Positions 32,058 through 42,040 of a DNA stretch of 64,000 bases are shown here, piece after piece. A model generated the notes under the pieces. The model was not told where the DNA came from and ran no database searches. It saw only the letters and a program-made list of their open reading frames with translations. Source of the DNA: Longimicrobiales bacterium. GTDB taxonomy: Bacteria > Gemmatimonadota > Gemmatimonadetes > Longimicrobiales > Gaopeijiaceae. Location: contig CBDCKN010000013.1 of assembly GCA_965218295.1 (NCBI GenBank), positions 288,001 to 352,000 of the forward strand. The letters are read 5' to 3'. The position numbers and the translations under genes are program-made. Every line of letters starts with the position of its first letter. Position 1 is the stretch's first letter.

Positions 32058-33218
32058 TCACGTCTGTGTGAACGCCTCTTTCACGCGGGACCACAGGCTC
32101 CTTCGGGACTCTCCCTCGATCTGCTCGGGAGCGGGATCCTCCACGTCACGGAATGCCTGAAGCACCTCTTCCTGTTCCACGGTCAGACGGTCCGGCGTCC
32201 ACACCACTATGCGGACGAGCTGGTCCCCCCTGCCCCGGCCGTTGAGCTCGGGAAGCCCACGTCCGCGAAGCCGCAGCACTTCGCCACTCTGGATTCCGGG
32301 CGGAATCGTGAGCCGCACGGTGCCCTCCACCGTGGGAACCTCCATCTCGGCCCCCAGGGCCGCCTGTGAAAAGGTGATCGGCAGCTCGTAGCGGAGATGG
32401 GGACCGTCCCTGACGAAGGGGGTGTCCTCCTCCACCTCGAGGAGGACGATGATGTCTCCCTGGGGGCCGCCCCTGGGCCCCAGATTGCCCTCGCTCCGGA
32501 GGGTGAGGAAATTTTCGGACGTCACGCCGGCCGGGATCTCCACCTCGACCTCCCGTTGGGTGCGAGCCCGTCCGTCGCCGTTGCACTTGGGACACGGCTT
32601 TTCGATCACGCGACCCTCGCCACCGCACGTCCGGCACGGCGCCACGCTGACGAACTGCCCGAATACGGAGCGCTGGACATGCCGCTCCTCACCCGATCCA
32701 CCGCACGTCGAGCAGGTCACAGGCCCCGACCCCGCGGCCGCCCCGCTTCCACTGCAGCGATCACAGGCTCCCAGCACCGCCACACCGAGGGTCTTGGTGA
32801 CTCCCGTTGCGACCTCGAGCAATGTCAGCGGAACCTTCACCTTAATCGTCTGGCCCTTGCGAGGCGCCTGCGACGGGCCCCGCTGCCGCCCACCGAAGAG
32901 GTCTTCCAACCCGCCGAAGCCACCGAAGTCCCGCATGAAGATCTCGACGGCATCGGCGAAGTCGAAGCCGCCGAACCCCCCGGCCCCGCCGACACCTCGC
33001 TTCAGGCCCTGCTCCCCGTAGCGGTCGTAGACGGAGCGCTTCTCCGAGTCACGGAGAACCTCGTATGCCTCCGTCACTTCCTTGAAGCGCTCCTCCGTCT
33101 CTTTGGAGCCCTGGTTCCGATCCGGATGATACTTGAGGGCGAGCTTGCGATACGCCCTCTTGATGTCATCGGTGCTGGCGTTCCGGGGAACGTCCAGCAG
33201 GTCGTAGTAGTCGGCCAT
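32058..33218 (-). CDS. dnaJ: Chaperone DnaJ
   Basis: J domain with HPD, G/F-rich region and four CxxCxGxG repeats. Confidence 0.98.
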   Translation of the reverse strand: MADYYDLLDVPRNASTDDIKRAYRKLALKYHPDRNQGSKETEERFKEVTEAYEVLRDSEKRSVYDRYGEQGLKRGVGGAGGFGGFDFADAVEIFMRDFGGFGGLEDLFGGRQRGPSQAPRKGQTIKVKVPLTLLEVATGVTKTLGVAVLGACDRCSGSGAAAGSGPVTCSTCGGSGEERHVQRSVFGQFVSVAPCRTCGGEGRVIEKPCPKCNGDGRARTQREVEVEIPAGVTSENFLTLRSEGNLGPRGGPQGDIIVLLEVEEDTPFVRDGPHLRYELPITFSQAALGAEMEVPTVEGTVRLTIPPGIQSGEVLRLRGRGLPELNGRGRGDQLVRIVVWTPDRLTVEQEEVLQAFRDVEDPAPEQIEGESRRSLWSRVKEAFTQT

Positions 33219-33231
33219 TACCTCGTGCAGG

Positions 33232-33399
33232 CTAGTGTTCCGTTTCCGAAGTTCGCGAGCCACCAAGAGGGCCGGGGCGCCGTGGGATCAAGGCGGGACG
33301 ACGCGGCGTAGCGCAAGCTACGGTAAGGAGTCCCAACGCCGAGGCCGCGGATGCACCGTGCCCTCGACTGGCCGAGACACTTCGGTAACGGGACACTAG
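33232..33399. repeat. 168-bp CTAG-bounded palindromic element (MITE/REP-like, family A, full copy)
   Basis: 21-bp terminal IRs CTAGTGTTCCGTTTCCGAAGT / ACTTCGGTAACGGGACACTAG (2 mismatches); internal hairpin CGTAGCGCAAGCTACG. Confidence 0.88.
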
Positions 33400-34469
33400 A
33401 CGCCGAGGACGCTGTTGACCAGCGTCGATGTGTAGTCAACGATGGCGATCACCTTCTCGTACGGCATGCGCGTGGGTCCGATGACCCCGATGACGCCCTT
33501 GAGGTCGCCGACACGGTATTCCGCCGTCACGAGGGTGAAGTCCCAGAGGGCCTCGGCATCGTTCTCGCCGCCGATCGTGATCTTGAGCCCGCCTTGGTGC
33601 TCCCGGCTGCCGAGGACCTGCGCGAGCAGATCTCGCTGCTCGGTGAGCTCGATGAGCCCCTTCAGTCGCTCACCGCTCGTGAACTCGGGCTGGGCCGCCA
33701 GCACACTCGTCTGACCCAGGTGCACTTCAGCCTCCGTCAGAGGCGACCAGTCGAAGAGCTCCGAGCTCGACTGCATGAAGATGTTCAGCAGCTCATCGGT
33801 GTCGGCCCGGTCGTCCAGCGAGGAGTCCCTGAGCCGCTCCGGCAACGTCTCACGAATGTCTTGCAAGGTCAGGCCGCCCAGCCGCTCGTTCAGGACCTGG
33901 GTCACGCTCGTCAGAATGTCCGGCTTCACCTCGCCGGGCAGGTCGACGTACACGGTGCGCACCAACCCACTCCGGATCGTCATGACCATGAGGATCTTCG
34001 CGCTCGACACCTGAATGAGCTCCAGGTGCTCGAGGGTCGCCTCCGCGAAGCTGGGCGCCACCGCCACGCCCAATTCCTTCGACAGGAGGCTCAAGGCTCG
34101 GATCGAGCGCTGAACCAGCCGCTCCACAGCGGAAGATCCCGAGGCATCGATCTCCTCGACCAGGCGCTCGCGCTCGGCGTCGGTCAGCGGCGTCGGCCGC
34201 ATGATGCGATCCACAAAGAAGCGATACGCGTGATCGGTGGGAATGCGACCCGCCGACGTGTGCGGGTGGAAGAGATACCCCTTGGACTCGAGGTCGCTCA
34301 TCGTATTCCGCACGGTAGCCGGCGACACCCCGAGGTCGAACCTCTTCGCCACGGTGCGGCTACCCGTCGGCTCCGCGAAGTCGACGTACGTGCGAACCAC
34401 CGCCTCGAGCACGTGGCGCTCGCGGTCGGAAAGCTCCTGGCCGACGGGATCCGTTCTCCTGAGGGTCAT
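33396..34469 (-). CDS. hrcA: Heat-inducible transcription repressor HrcA
   Basis: SPATVRNTMSDLE, HPHTSAGRIPT and GVIGPTRM motifs. Confidence 0.98.
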   Translation of the reverse strand: MTLRRTDPVGQELSDRERHVLEAVVRTYVDFAEPTGSRTVAKRFDLGVSPATVRNTMSDLESKGYLFHPHTSAGRIPTDHAYRFFVDRIMRPTPLTDAERERLVEEIDASGSSAVERLVQRSIRALSLLSKELGVAVAPSFAEATLEHLELIQVSSAKILMVMTIRSGLVRTVYVDLPGEVKPDILTSVTQVLNERLGGLTLQDIRETLPERLRDSSLDDRADTDELLNIFMQSSSELFDWSPLTEAEVHLGQTSVLAAQPEFTSGERLKGLIELTEQRDLLAQVLGSREHQGGLKITIGGENDAEALWDFTLVTAEYRVGDLKGVIGVIGPTRMPYEKVIAIVDYTSTLVNSVLGV

Positions 34470-34532
34470 CTACTAGCTCGCTCTTGGCATTTAAACATCG
34501 CGTTAGAAGATCGAATTCCGTTCTTTACCTCG

Positions 34533-35723
34533 TCAACGGCCTGCTACGTCATCGTCGAGCTCGACGGTGAGGCGATCCATGACCAGCCATCCGCGAGGAG
34601 TCAGGCGGGCGGCCCCCCGCTCTGCCTCCGCCAGACCACCTTCGATCCAACGATTCACTCTTTCTCGGGCGGCGGGTGGGAGATCGGCCGTCGCCACCCC
34701 CCGGCGGGTGCGTAGGCCCAGCCAGATGCGCTCGAGCCGGACCTTGTCGGCATCGAGCTCTTCGTGATCGGCTACCGGAGGGGTCGCTCCCACCGCCTTA
34801 ACTCGATAGGCGTCCCAGTCCCGGAGGTTCCATCGGCGCACCGGGTACTGGTAGCTGTGAGCTCCGTTTCCGAGCCCCAGATAGGGATCTCCGGACCAGT
34901 ACACCATGTTGTGGCGTGAGGCCCGACGCGTTCGGGCGAAGTTCGACACTTCGTAGGCCTCGTAACCGGCGTCCGTCAGACGCTCTACGGCCGTGAGATA
35001 TTCCCACTCGTAGCGCTCCTCGGAGGCGACCGCCTCGCGCCCTTCGGCGACGGAGCGCCCCAGGGGCGTGCCCGATTCGACGCTGAGCCCGTACAGGCTC
35101 ACATGATCAGCGTCCAGCGAAAGAACTTGATGCAGATCCTCCTCAAAGTCCCGCCCCAGGTGTTCGGGCAACCCGAAGATCAGATCCACGCTGACGTTGT
35201 CGAAGCCCGCAGCCCGTGCGGTGCGGACCGCCTCCCGTGCGCCGGCGGCGCCGTGGAGCCGCCCCATCCAACGTAGAGAGGCTTCGTGGAAGCTCTGGAC
35301 CCCGAGGCTCACGCGGTTCACCCCAGCCCTCTTCCAGCCTTCGGCCACGTCTCTCGTGAAACTCTCGGGGTTCGCCTCGCTCGTCCATTCCAGATGCGCG
35401 CAGCCCAGGCGGGTCGGGCTCACCAGCCTTCGGATCCCCTCCATCGCTGCCGGACCCAAAAGGGACGGCGTCCCGCCGCCTATGTAGAGGGTGTCGAGAG
35501 AAGCGTCGAGCACGAAGGCTCCTTCCTCTTCCAAGGAGCGGAGCTCCCCACCGATCGCCTCGAGCCACTCCTCCGGGTCGCCCTGGGGCGCCACCTTGAC
35601 CGCGAAGTCACAGTAGAAGCAGCGGCGCGAGCAAAAAGGGGCGTGGATGTACAGCGAGCGGATTCGGTCGCCTTCGGTCGCCGGCTCGTCGAGCCGTACC
35701 GGGCGGGGCGCGTCGGTGGTCAT
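34533..35723 (-). CDS. hemW: Radical SAM heme chaperone HemW
   Basis: YIHAPFC..RCFYCDF, GGGTPS, YEVSNFA and HNMVYW motifs. Confidence 0.93.
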   Translation of the reverse strand: MTTDAPRPVRLDEPATEGDRIRSLYIHAPFCSRRCFYCDFAVKVAPQGDPEEWLEAIGGELRSLEEEGAFVLDASLDTLYIGGGTPSLLGPAAMEGIRRLVSPTRLGCAHLEWTSEANPESFTRDVAEGWKRAGVNRVSLGVQSFHEASLRWMGRLHGAAGAREAVRTARAAGFDNVSVDLIFGLPEHLGRDFEEDLHQVLSLDADHVSLYGLSVESGTPLGRSVAEGREAVASEERYEWEYLTAVERLTDAGYEAYEVSNFARTRRASRHNMVYWSGDPYLGLGNGAHSYQYPVRRWNLRDWDAYRVKAVGATPPVADHEELDADKVRLERIWLGLRTRRGVATADLPPAARERVNRWIEGGLAEAERGAARLTPRGWLVMDRLTVELDDDVAGR

Positions 35724-36914
35724 TCAGGATGCCTTGCGGAAGCGCATCCCGGCGTCCTGGGCAACCCACCCGCCCAGCTCCAGCTCGGTGAGGACCGCCA
35801 GCACGCTGCCCGAGTCGAGCCGGGTGAGGTGCGCCAGCTTCTCGATCCCGACGGGCTGCTCGTCCAACACTCCCCAGACTCGACGCGCCACGGGGGTCAG
35901 GCGCCCCGGCTCCGCGGTCCGCCCAGAGGCCTCCGGCGAACCGGCCACCGGATCCGTGTCCCGTCGACCTTCGCCACGACCTTCGCCAGGCCCCTCGTCG
36001 CGATGACCCACACCGAGAAGGTCGAGCTCACGCGCGAAGTCCATCGCAGAGGTGACGACGTGGGCCCCTTGCTGGAGGAGGGTGTTGCACCCCCGGCTCT
36101 GGGGGGCGTCGACGGGTCCAGGCACGGCATACACGTCGCGACCCAGGTCGAGGGCGTGCTCCACCGTGATGAACGCTCCACTCCGCTCGCCGGCCTCCAC
36201 CACCACGACCACCGCGCCGAGAGCCGCGAGGATGCGATTCCTCCGGGGGAAGTGATGGCCCCGGGCGGGCTCGCCCGGAAGAAATTCCGACAGGAGGAGA
36301 CCCTCTCGGGCGATTCGGTGGCCCAGTGCGCGATGGGAGGACGGCTGAATCAGATCGACGCCGGAACCGAGCACGGCGATGGTGTCCCCCCCAAACTCCA
36401 GGGCGCCCCGGTGAGCGGCTCCATCGATCCCCAGCGCCAATCCGCTCACCACCACGACGCCCCGACCGGCCAGCTGCGCGGCCAGCCTCTCCGCTACCCT
36501 ACGGCCATACTGGGTGGAGCGGCGGGAACCCACAACGGTCACGGCGGGGCCGGACAGGAGCTCGAGATCGCCACGGCAGAAGAGAAGCGCAGGAGGATCG
36601 GTGAGGTGGCGCAGCCGCCCGGGGTATTCCCGGTCACGCCACGTGAGGACCCGCATCTCGGATGCGGTGCACCGCTGCCAGGCGCGCTCGACCCGCTCAT
36701 TCAGCTCCGGCGCTCTGAGGGCGGCGGCCGTGCGGAAGCCCGCCACGGCGTTCAGGTGAGAGGAGGGCGCCTCCAGCGCGGCGACGCCGGAGCCGAATCG
36801 CTCTAGAATCCGCCACAGGGTCCGGGTTCCCACGCGGGGAAGGCAGTGGAGTCGCATGACGGCCTCGACCTCACGAGCACGTTCCGGGGACCAGTTCTTC
36901 AGGGAGTCCACCAA
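35724..36914 (-). CDS. dprA: DNA-processing protein DprA
   Basis: VVGSR, VSGLALGIDGAAH, FPRRNRI and VVEAGERSG motifs; C-terminal winged helix. Confidence 0.96.
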   Translation of the reverse strand: MVDSLKNWSPERAREVEAVMRLHCLPRVGTRTLWRILERFGSGVAALEAPSSHLNAVAGFRTAAALRAPELNERVERAWQRCTASEMRVLTWRDREYPGRLRHLTDPPALLFCRGDLELLSGPAVTVVGSRRSTQYGRRVAERLAAQLAGRGVVVVSGLALGIDGAAHRGALEFGGDTIAVLGSGVDLIQPSSHRALGHRIAREGLLLSEFLPGEPARGHHFPRRNRILAALGAVVVVVEAGERSGAFITVEHALDLGRDVYAVPGPVDAPQSRGCNTLLQQGAHVVTSAMDFARELDLLGVGHRDEGPGEGRGEGRRDTDPVAGSPEASGRTAEPGRLTPVARRVWGVLDEQPVGIEKLAHLTRLDSGSVLAVLTELELGGWVAQDAGMRFRKAS

Positions 36915-37924
36915 TCCTCGTCCTCATCCCCCTCGTCCTCTTGGATGGCTACCCACGTGCGCTCCCAAAGGCCCTCCAGGAGATCCGTGAGCCCGGATTG
37001 GGCTACGGACGATATCACCAAGGTCGCCCACGCTTCGGGGGCGTCGATCTCGGGCGGCGAATCTTCCGGGCCCAGGAGGTCGGCCTTGGTGAGCACCACG
37101 CAGTGCGGCCGTGCAGCCAACTCCGCGGAGTATGCCGCCAGCTCGTCCCGCAGCTCCCTGTACTCGGTCTGAGGGTCCGGTGAATCCACGGGAATCAACA
37201 ACGCCAGCGTTCGCGTCCGCTCGATGTGGCGTAGGAACTGGAGCCCCAGACCCTTCCCCTCGTGCGCCCCGTCGATGATCCCAGGAATGTCGGCGATGGC
37301 AAAGGTGCGGAAGTCCGAAAGCCCTACCACTCCGAGGTTCGGCTCCAGGGTCGTGAAGGGATAGTCCGCCACTTTGGGGCGTGCCCTGGATACCGTTGCC
37401 AGCAGCGTCGACTTGCCGGCGTTGGGCTCACCTACGAGACCGACGTCGGCGATCAGTTTGAGCTCCAGCTTGACCCGACGCTCCTCTCCCTGCTCGCCCG
37501 GCTCCCAGCGGATGGGCGTCTGGTTCGTCGACGTGGTAAAGTGGACGTTGCCCCGGCCCCCTCGCCCTCCTCGAGCCACCACCAGCCGGTCTTCGGCTTT
37601 CAGGAGCTCACCGAGGACCTCCTGCGTATCGGCGTCCTTCAGCACCGTTCCCGGCGGCACCCGGATGACGAGGTCCGTGCCGCTCTTGCCTGTCTTGTTC
37701 TTCCCCGAGCCGTGGAGACCCCGCTCGGCCCGGTGGTGCTGGCGGTAGCGGAGGTCCAGCAGCGTGGTGAGCTGCGGATCGGCCACCATGACCACGTCCC
37801 CCCCGTGGCCGCCGTCGCCACCGGCGGGTCCACCTCGGGGTACGCCCTTCTCACGACGGTACGCTTCGGATCCGGCGCCTCCCGCTCCTCCGTACACGTT
37901 GATGACGGTCCTGTCGACGAACAT
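36899..37924 (-). CDS. obgE: GTPase ObgE
   Basis: MFVD, Gly-rich Obg domain, GEPNAGKS, YPFTTL, DIPG and TKAD motifs. Confidence 0.98.
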   Translation of the reverse strand: MFVDRTVINVYGGAGGAGSEAYRREKGVPRGGPAGGDGGHGGDVVMVADPQLTTLLDLRYRQHHRAERGLHGSGKNKTGKSGTDLVIRVPPGTVLKDADTQEVLGELLKAEDRLVVARGGRGGRGNVHFTTSTNQTPIRWEPGEQGEERRVKLELKLIADVGLVGEPNAGKSTLLATVSRARPKVADYPFTTLEPNLGVVGLSDFRTFAIADIPGIIDGAHEGKGLGLQFLRHIERTRTLALLIPVDSPDPQTEYRELRDELAAYSAELAARPHCVVLTKADLLGPEDSPPEIDAPEAWATLVISSVAQSGLTDLLEGLWERTWVAIQEDEGDEDEDWWTP

Positions 37925-38526
37925 CAGGCGACGTGCCTTTCCTGGACCTTCTCCCACACCTTCATCGACTCGCGGCGCCCGTCCTCGTCGAGGTAGGGGT
38001 CGGCCTGAGCCAAGGCCTCTTCGACGTCCGACACATCGGCTCCGACGTTCAGCGCTCCGCGGAGGTGGGAGTAGAGCTGCTTCGGGGCCCCCAGCACCGC
38101 CAGGCTCGCAACGATGCACAGCTCTCGGATCGTCAGAGGCAGCCCCGGCCTTCCGAGAACCTTGCCGTACCCTTCCACCACCATCCACTGCTCGAGGTCC
38201 GGGTGCAGGGCCCGAACGGTCTCGCGCAGCTTCTCGTACTGGCCCGCGTACACCGAGCCGCAGACTTCGTGTCCCCGGTCCGCCCATCCAACCCAGTCCA
38301 GCTCCTGGGGCGCCGGCGGCACCGCGTGGGAAAACCGGCGCCACGCGGCCATGCCGTTCAGGGATGCCGGGAATCCGAGAAAGAGGTAGGATTGGAGGAG
38401 CACCTCCTCTACCTGGCGGCTGTCGGCCACCCCGCGAGCCCCTTCGAAGGCGGACCTCAAGGCTGCCTTGCCTCTGGAAGCGAGGGCCGCGCTAATGCGG
38501 ACCAGGGACCGCTCACCATCCGTCAT
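37924..38526 (-). CDS. Carboxymuconolactone decarboxylase/AhpD-like protein
   Basis: EVLLQSYLFLGFP, YGKVLGRPGL...RELC and HLRGALNVGA motifs. Confidence 0.85.
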   Translation of the reverse strand: MTDGERSLVRISAALASRGKAALRSAFEGARGVADSRQVEEVLLQSYLFLGFPASLNGMAAWRRFSHAVPPAPQELDWVGWADRGHEVCGSVYAGQYEKLRETVRALHPDLEQWMVVEGYGKVLGRPGLPLTIRELCIVASLAVLGAPKQLYSHLRGALNVGADVSDVEEALAQADPYLDEDGRRESMKVWEKVQERHVA

Positions 38527-39507
38527 CCGTGCCGCTCCAGCTCGAACTCCGGTCGGATGTCGCCCACCTCCACTCCTCGGGTGTTGATCGTGGGCGGTGC
38601 ACGGAAGCGATCCAGCTCCTCGCTCTCGATCCCATCGAGCACGCCCAGCTCCCTCAGGATGTGAAGGACCGCCACGGGACTGGCCCTACTGCCGCCATCC
38701 TCCACCTTCACGGCCAGCCCGAACGATCCGTCGGTGGCACCCACCCCGAACACTCCCTCGGCTCCCGTCTTGCCGAACACGCGGTCTCCAACCGCCTCAC
38801 CAAGAGCCGTCCCGAAGCGGCCCGTCCCGGCGACCATAAACGGGTGGGCGGTCATGGCTCGCACGATCTCTGTTGGCGGCCCCTCCGTACCCCCCAACCT
38901 CGCGAAGCCGGAGGCAAGTCGCGAGACAGGGGTGGCGAAACAGACTACCCCACACCCGTCCTGCCCAAGTCCGATCTCCCCTTCGGCGAGTCCCGTCCAT
39001 CGAGCGATCTCGGCGAGCATCCTCCTCTGCACCGGGTGGTCGGGACGGATGTATCCCCGAGTGGGCCAGCAATGAGCCTTGGCCAGAGCCAACATGCCGG
39101 CGCTTGCCGCAGCAATTGTTGTGGATCGGCCTCGGCTCCTCACCGGCGCGTAGGAGCTGGTTCGCCGCACGCTCGTCGTACGGAAGATGCGGGCCACACT
39201 CCAGATCCCCTTCCACGAGGCCCGCCTTCTCCAAGATAGATCCAGCCGCTTCGATGTGCGCCGGCTCGCTGTTGTGGGAAGCGCAACAGAGCGCCAGCTC
39301 CTCCGTCGTGAACCCGAATCGCTCCACGACCCCGTCTTCCACCAGAGGCACGGCCTGGAAGGGTTTCGCGGCGGACCGGTAGACGACGACATGCTCGGGA
39401 TCTCCGACGCTGGCCGTCAGGCGACCGTCTCCGTCGACGACGGCGGCATGCACCCGATGGACCGCTTCGACGATTCCGCCGCGGCGAGCCACCACCACGG
39501 AGCTCAT
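38523..39507 (-). CDS. L-asparaginase II (Rhizobium etli type); frameshift at ~39105
   Basis: YRSAAKPFQ, CASH, NNC.GK(H), DGCG and KTGAEGV motifs across two frames. Confidence 0.87.
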
Positions 39508-39531
39508 GGTCGGCACACCTCGCGATGGCAC

Positions 39532-39619
39532 GGAACGTGGAGAACGAGCATGTACTCTACCGGATGGGTCGGGGCCCTCGAAGGGCTCGATGGGTCGGCA
39601 CCGGCCGACTCCACACCCC
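39532..39619 (-). other. Structured intergenic element (multi-branch fold)
   Basis: GGGGUGUGGAG/CUCCACGUUCC closing stem with three internal hairpins. Confidence 0.45.
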
Positions 39620-39623
39620 TATG

Positions 39624-41306
39624 TCAGTTCGAGCCCGAAGCCCCGGACGGCACCGCTTCCGCAGCCGTCTCGCTGTCGGGACTCTGGGAGTCATCATCCG
39701 CGCGGAACAGCGTCTGTGGCGACTCGGAGTTCTTGAGAAGCTCGATGGCCTTGTTGAGCTGAACGTCCTTGTCCCGGATCTGCCGGAAGGCGTCCTCCCT
39801 GTCCCACGCCTGCACGGCGATCTGTCTCTCGAGCTGATACGTGACGAAGCGACTGGCCGTCTCATAGTCGGCCCGTTCCAACTCAACCTCGTGCTCGTCC
39901 ACCAGATAGCGGTAAAAGCGATCCAGGTCGGAGGCAGACGGGGTGAAGCCGATCTGCAGGTCGGGATGCTCCTGCACGTAGCTCACGGCGAAGTTGAAGA
40001 GCGCGGTAGCGAAGACCCCCGCGGAGCGGAAGACCCGCTGAACCGCAGCCTGCTCGGCGAGCGTCAGCGTGTCGGGCAACACGGTCAGATCGGGAGTGAT
40101 GCCCCCACCGGCGTAGAGAGTCCGCCCTCCCATGGACTGGGCCGTAGGTCGTCCCTCCGGATTATCCTTGAGCACCCGCTGGCCACTGCGGCCCAGGGTC
40201 GAGCTCTGAGGCGCCCGAGAAGCCTCCTGCTCCTCACGGGTCATGTGGATGGACCGGCCCATCGGTGTATACCACCGAGCCGTAGTCAGCCGGAGGACGT
40301 TGCCCCCGGTCAGACGGTAGAGGGTCTGTACCGAGCCCTTGCCGTAGCTCCGGCTGCCGATGACGAGGGCTCGATCGTGGTCCTGCAGCGCACCTGCCAC
40401 GATCTCCGAGGAGCTGGCGCTGTTCTGGTTCACCATGACGACCACGGGAAGGCCCGGGAGCAACTCCGGCCTGACGGCAGCGTAGCCCTTGTTCTGCCCG
40501 GCGGCACGTCCCCTCGTCTCCAGGATGGCAGCCGAGTTGGGCAAGAACATGTCGGCGACGACCACACCCTCGTCCAACAGCCCACCCGGATTGTTCCTGA
40601 GATCTAAGATGACAGAGGTCATCCCTTGAGCCTGGAGGCTCTCGATCGCCTCCCGCATCTCGCGACCCGAGGTCTCGCTGAACACCTGAAGCGGGATGTA
40701 GCCCACGCCGTCGTCCACCATCAGAGAGAAGGGCACAGACAGGAGCTCAATGACGTCCCGGGTGAGCTTGAATGGGATGGCCTCATCGACGCCGGGACGG
40801 CGGATCATCATCTCCACCTCGGTCCCAGGGGTACCGCGCAGCCGGTCGGCGGCACGATCGGTCTCCCAGTCCTGTGCCGACTCTCCTTCGACCTCGACGA
40901 TCTGATCGCCGGCGCGTATGCCGGCTCGAATGGCCGGCCCGCCGGGCAGCGGTGTGATGACGGTCACCCAGCCGTCCCTCTTCAGGATCTCGAGGCCCAC
41001 GCCTCCGTAGTCGGCGTCGGCGCCGCTCCGGAAGCGGAAGCTCTCCCATGTCGCGGCATCGATGAACGACGTGTGGGGGTCGCCCAGGTCTTCCAAAACA
41101 CCCTCGATGGCGGACTCGATGAGACCGGACCGATCCACGGGATCGACGAACTGCTCCGAGATGTGCTCGATGACCTCCTGGAACAGCCTCGCCTGCACGT
41201 AGACGTTGGCCTCCTGTCCCACGCCGCGCTGGAGGAACCAGCCCCCTGTGACGAGGGCGATGGCCAGCACGACCGCCGGGCCAAGGATCGATCTGGAATC
41301 TCTCAT
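39624..41306 (-). CDS. ctpA: Carboxy-terminal processing protease (S41 family, PDZ)
   Basis: LDLRNNPGGLL, SASSSEIVAGALQD, GKGSVQ and GGITPD motifs. Confidence 0.95.
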   Translation of the reverse strand: MRDSRSILGPAVVLAIALVTGGWFLQRGVGQEANVYVQARLFQEVIEHISEQFVDPVDRSGLIESAIEGVLEDLGDPHTSFIDAATWESFRFRSGADADYGGVGLEILKRDGWVTVITPLPGGPAIRAGIRAGDQIVEVEGESAQDWETDRAADRLRGTPGTEVEMMIRRPGVDEAIPFKLTRDVIELLSVPFSLMVDDGVGYIPLQVFSETSGREMREAIESLQAQGMTSVILDLRNNPGGLLDEGVVVADMFLPNSAAILETRGRAAGQNKGYAAVRPELLPGLPVVVMVNQNSASSSEIVAGALQDHDRALVIGSRSYGKGSVQTLYRLTGGNVLRLTTARWYTPMGRSIHMTREEQEASRAPQSSTLGRSGQRVLKDNPEGRPTAQSMGGRTLYAGGGITPDLTVLPDTLTLAEQAAVQRVFRSAGVFATALFNFAVSYVQEHPDLQIGFTPSASDLDRFYRYLVDEHEVELERADYETASRFVTYQLERQIAVQAWDREDAFRQIRDKDVQLNKAIELLKNSESPQTLFRADDDSQSPDSETAAEAVPSGASGSN

Positions 41307-41350
41307 CTTTGCTCCAACCCACGAGTCCTTCCGCTCACCTTCCAAGAAAA

Positions 41351-42019
41351 CTACTCCTCGAGCAGGGCGAAAGTTGCGGGCATCTCACGTCGAAGCGCAG
41401 CCCTTACGCGAGTGTGCACCTCATTGGCCGTCCCGCGGGCGTCGATGAGGTGCGCCCGCCCGTCGCTCTCCACGAGCTCGTGATACCCCGCTCGAACCGC
41501 CTCCAGGAAGTCATTCCCGGCAAGCTCGAGGCGATCGTCCTCGTTGCCGCCGGCCTTCTGCCTGGCTCTGCCCGCTTCCACTGGGAGGTCGAACACGAGG
41601 TAGAGATCGGGGACGAGGCCATCCGTGGCGAAGCGGTCAAGGCGGCGCACCTCTTCCAGGTCCAGCCCCCTCCCGTACCCCTGATACGCGTACGTGGACA
41701 TGGAGAACCGGTCGGCGATGAAGAGCTCGCCGCGCTCGAGCACCGGACGGACGATCTCACGCACGAAAGCGGCCCGTGCCGCCAGATAGAGCAGGAGCTC
41801 GGTCTCGCGGGGGACCGTGAGATCGGGGCGGCCCTGCACCACGTGTCGGATCGCCTCGCCCACCTCGGTGCCGCCCGGCTCCCGGGCAAGCGTGAAGCTC
41901 ACCCTGCACGACTCTAGCCACTCGACCAGGAGGCGGGCCTGTGTGGTCTTCCCGGCCCCCTCCACGCCCTCCAGCACCAGAAAGGGCCCGCGCTCGGGTG
42001 GGTCTACCGGTGGCGACAC
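41351..42019 (-). CDS. tmk: Thymidylate kinase
   Basis: EGVEGAGKTTQ, REPGGT and DRF..ST.AYQG motifs. Confidence 0.97.
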   Translation of the reverse strand: MSPPVDPPERGPFLVLEGVEGAGKTTQARLLVEWLESCRVSFTLAREPGGTEVGEAIRHVVQGRPDLTVPRETELLLYLAARAAFVREIVRPVLERGELFIADRFSMSTYAYQGYGRGLDLEEVRRLDRFATDGLVPDLYLVFDLPVEAGRARQKAGGNEDDRLELAGNDFLEAVRAGYHELVESDGRAHLIDARGTANEVHTRVRAALRREMPATFALLEE

Positions 42020-42040
42020 GTCGTCAGTCCGTTCCCTTGG

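Noticed and set aside
34470..34512. CIRCE operator upstream of hrcA
   Set aside because: Only a half-site-like TTGGCATTT is present; there is no matching GAGTGCTAA arm at 9-bp spacing.
39526..39621. tRNA-Sec or another true tRNA
   Set aside because: No TTCRA T-arm in the right position, no UCA anticodon, and the acceptor/CCA spacing is wrong.
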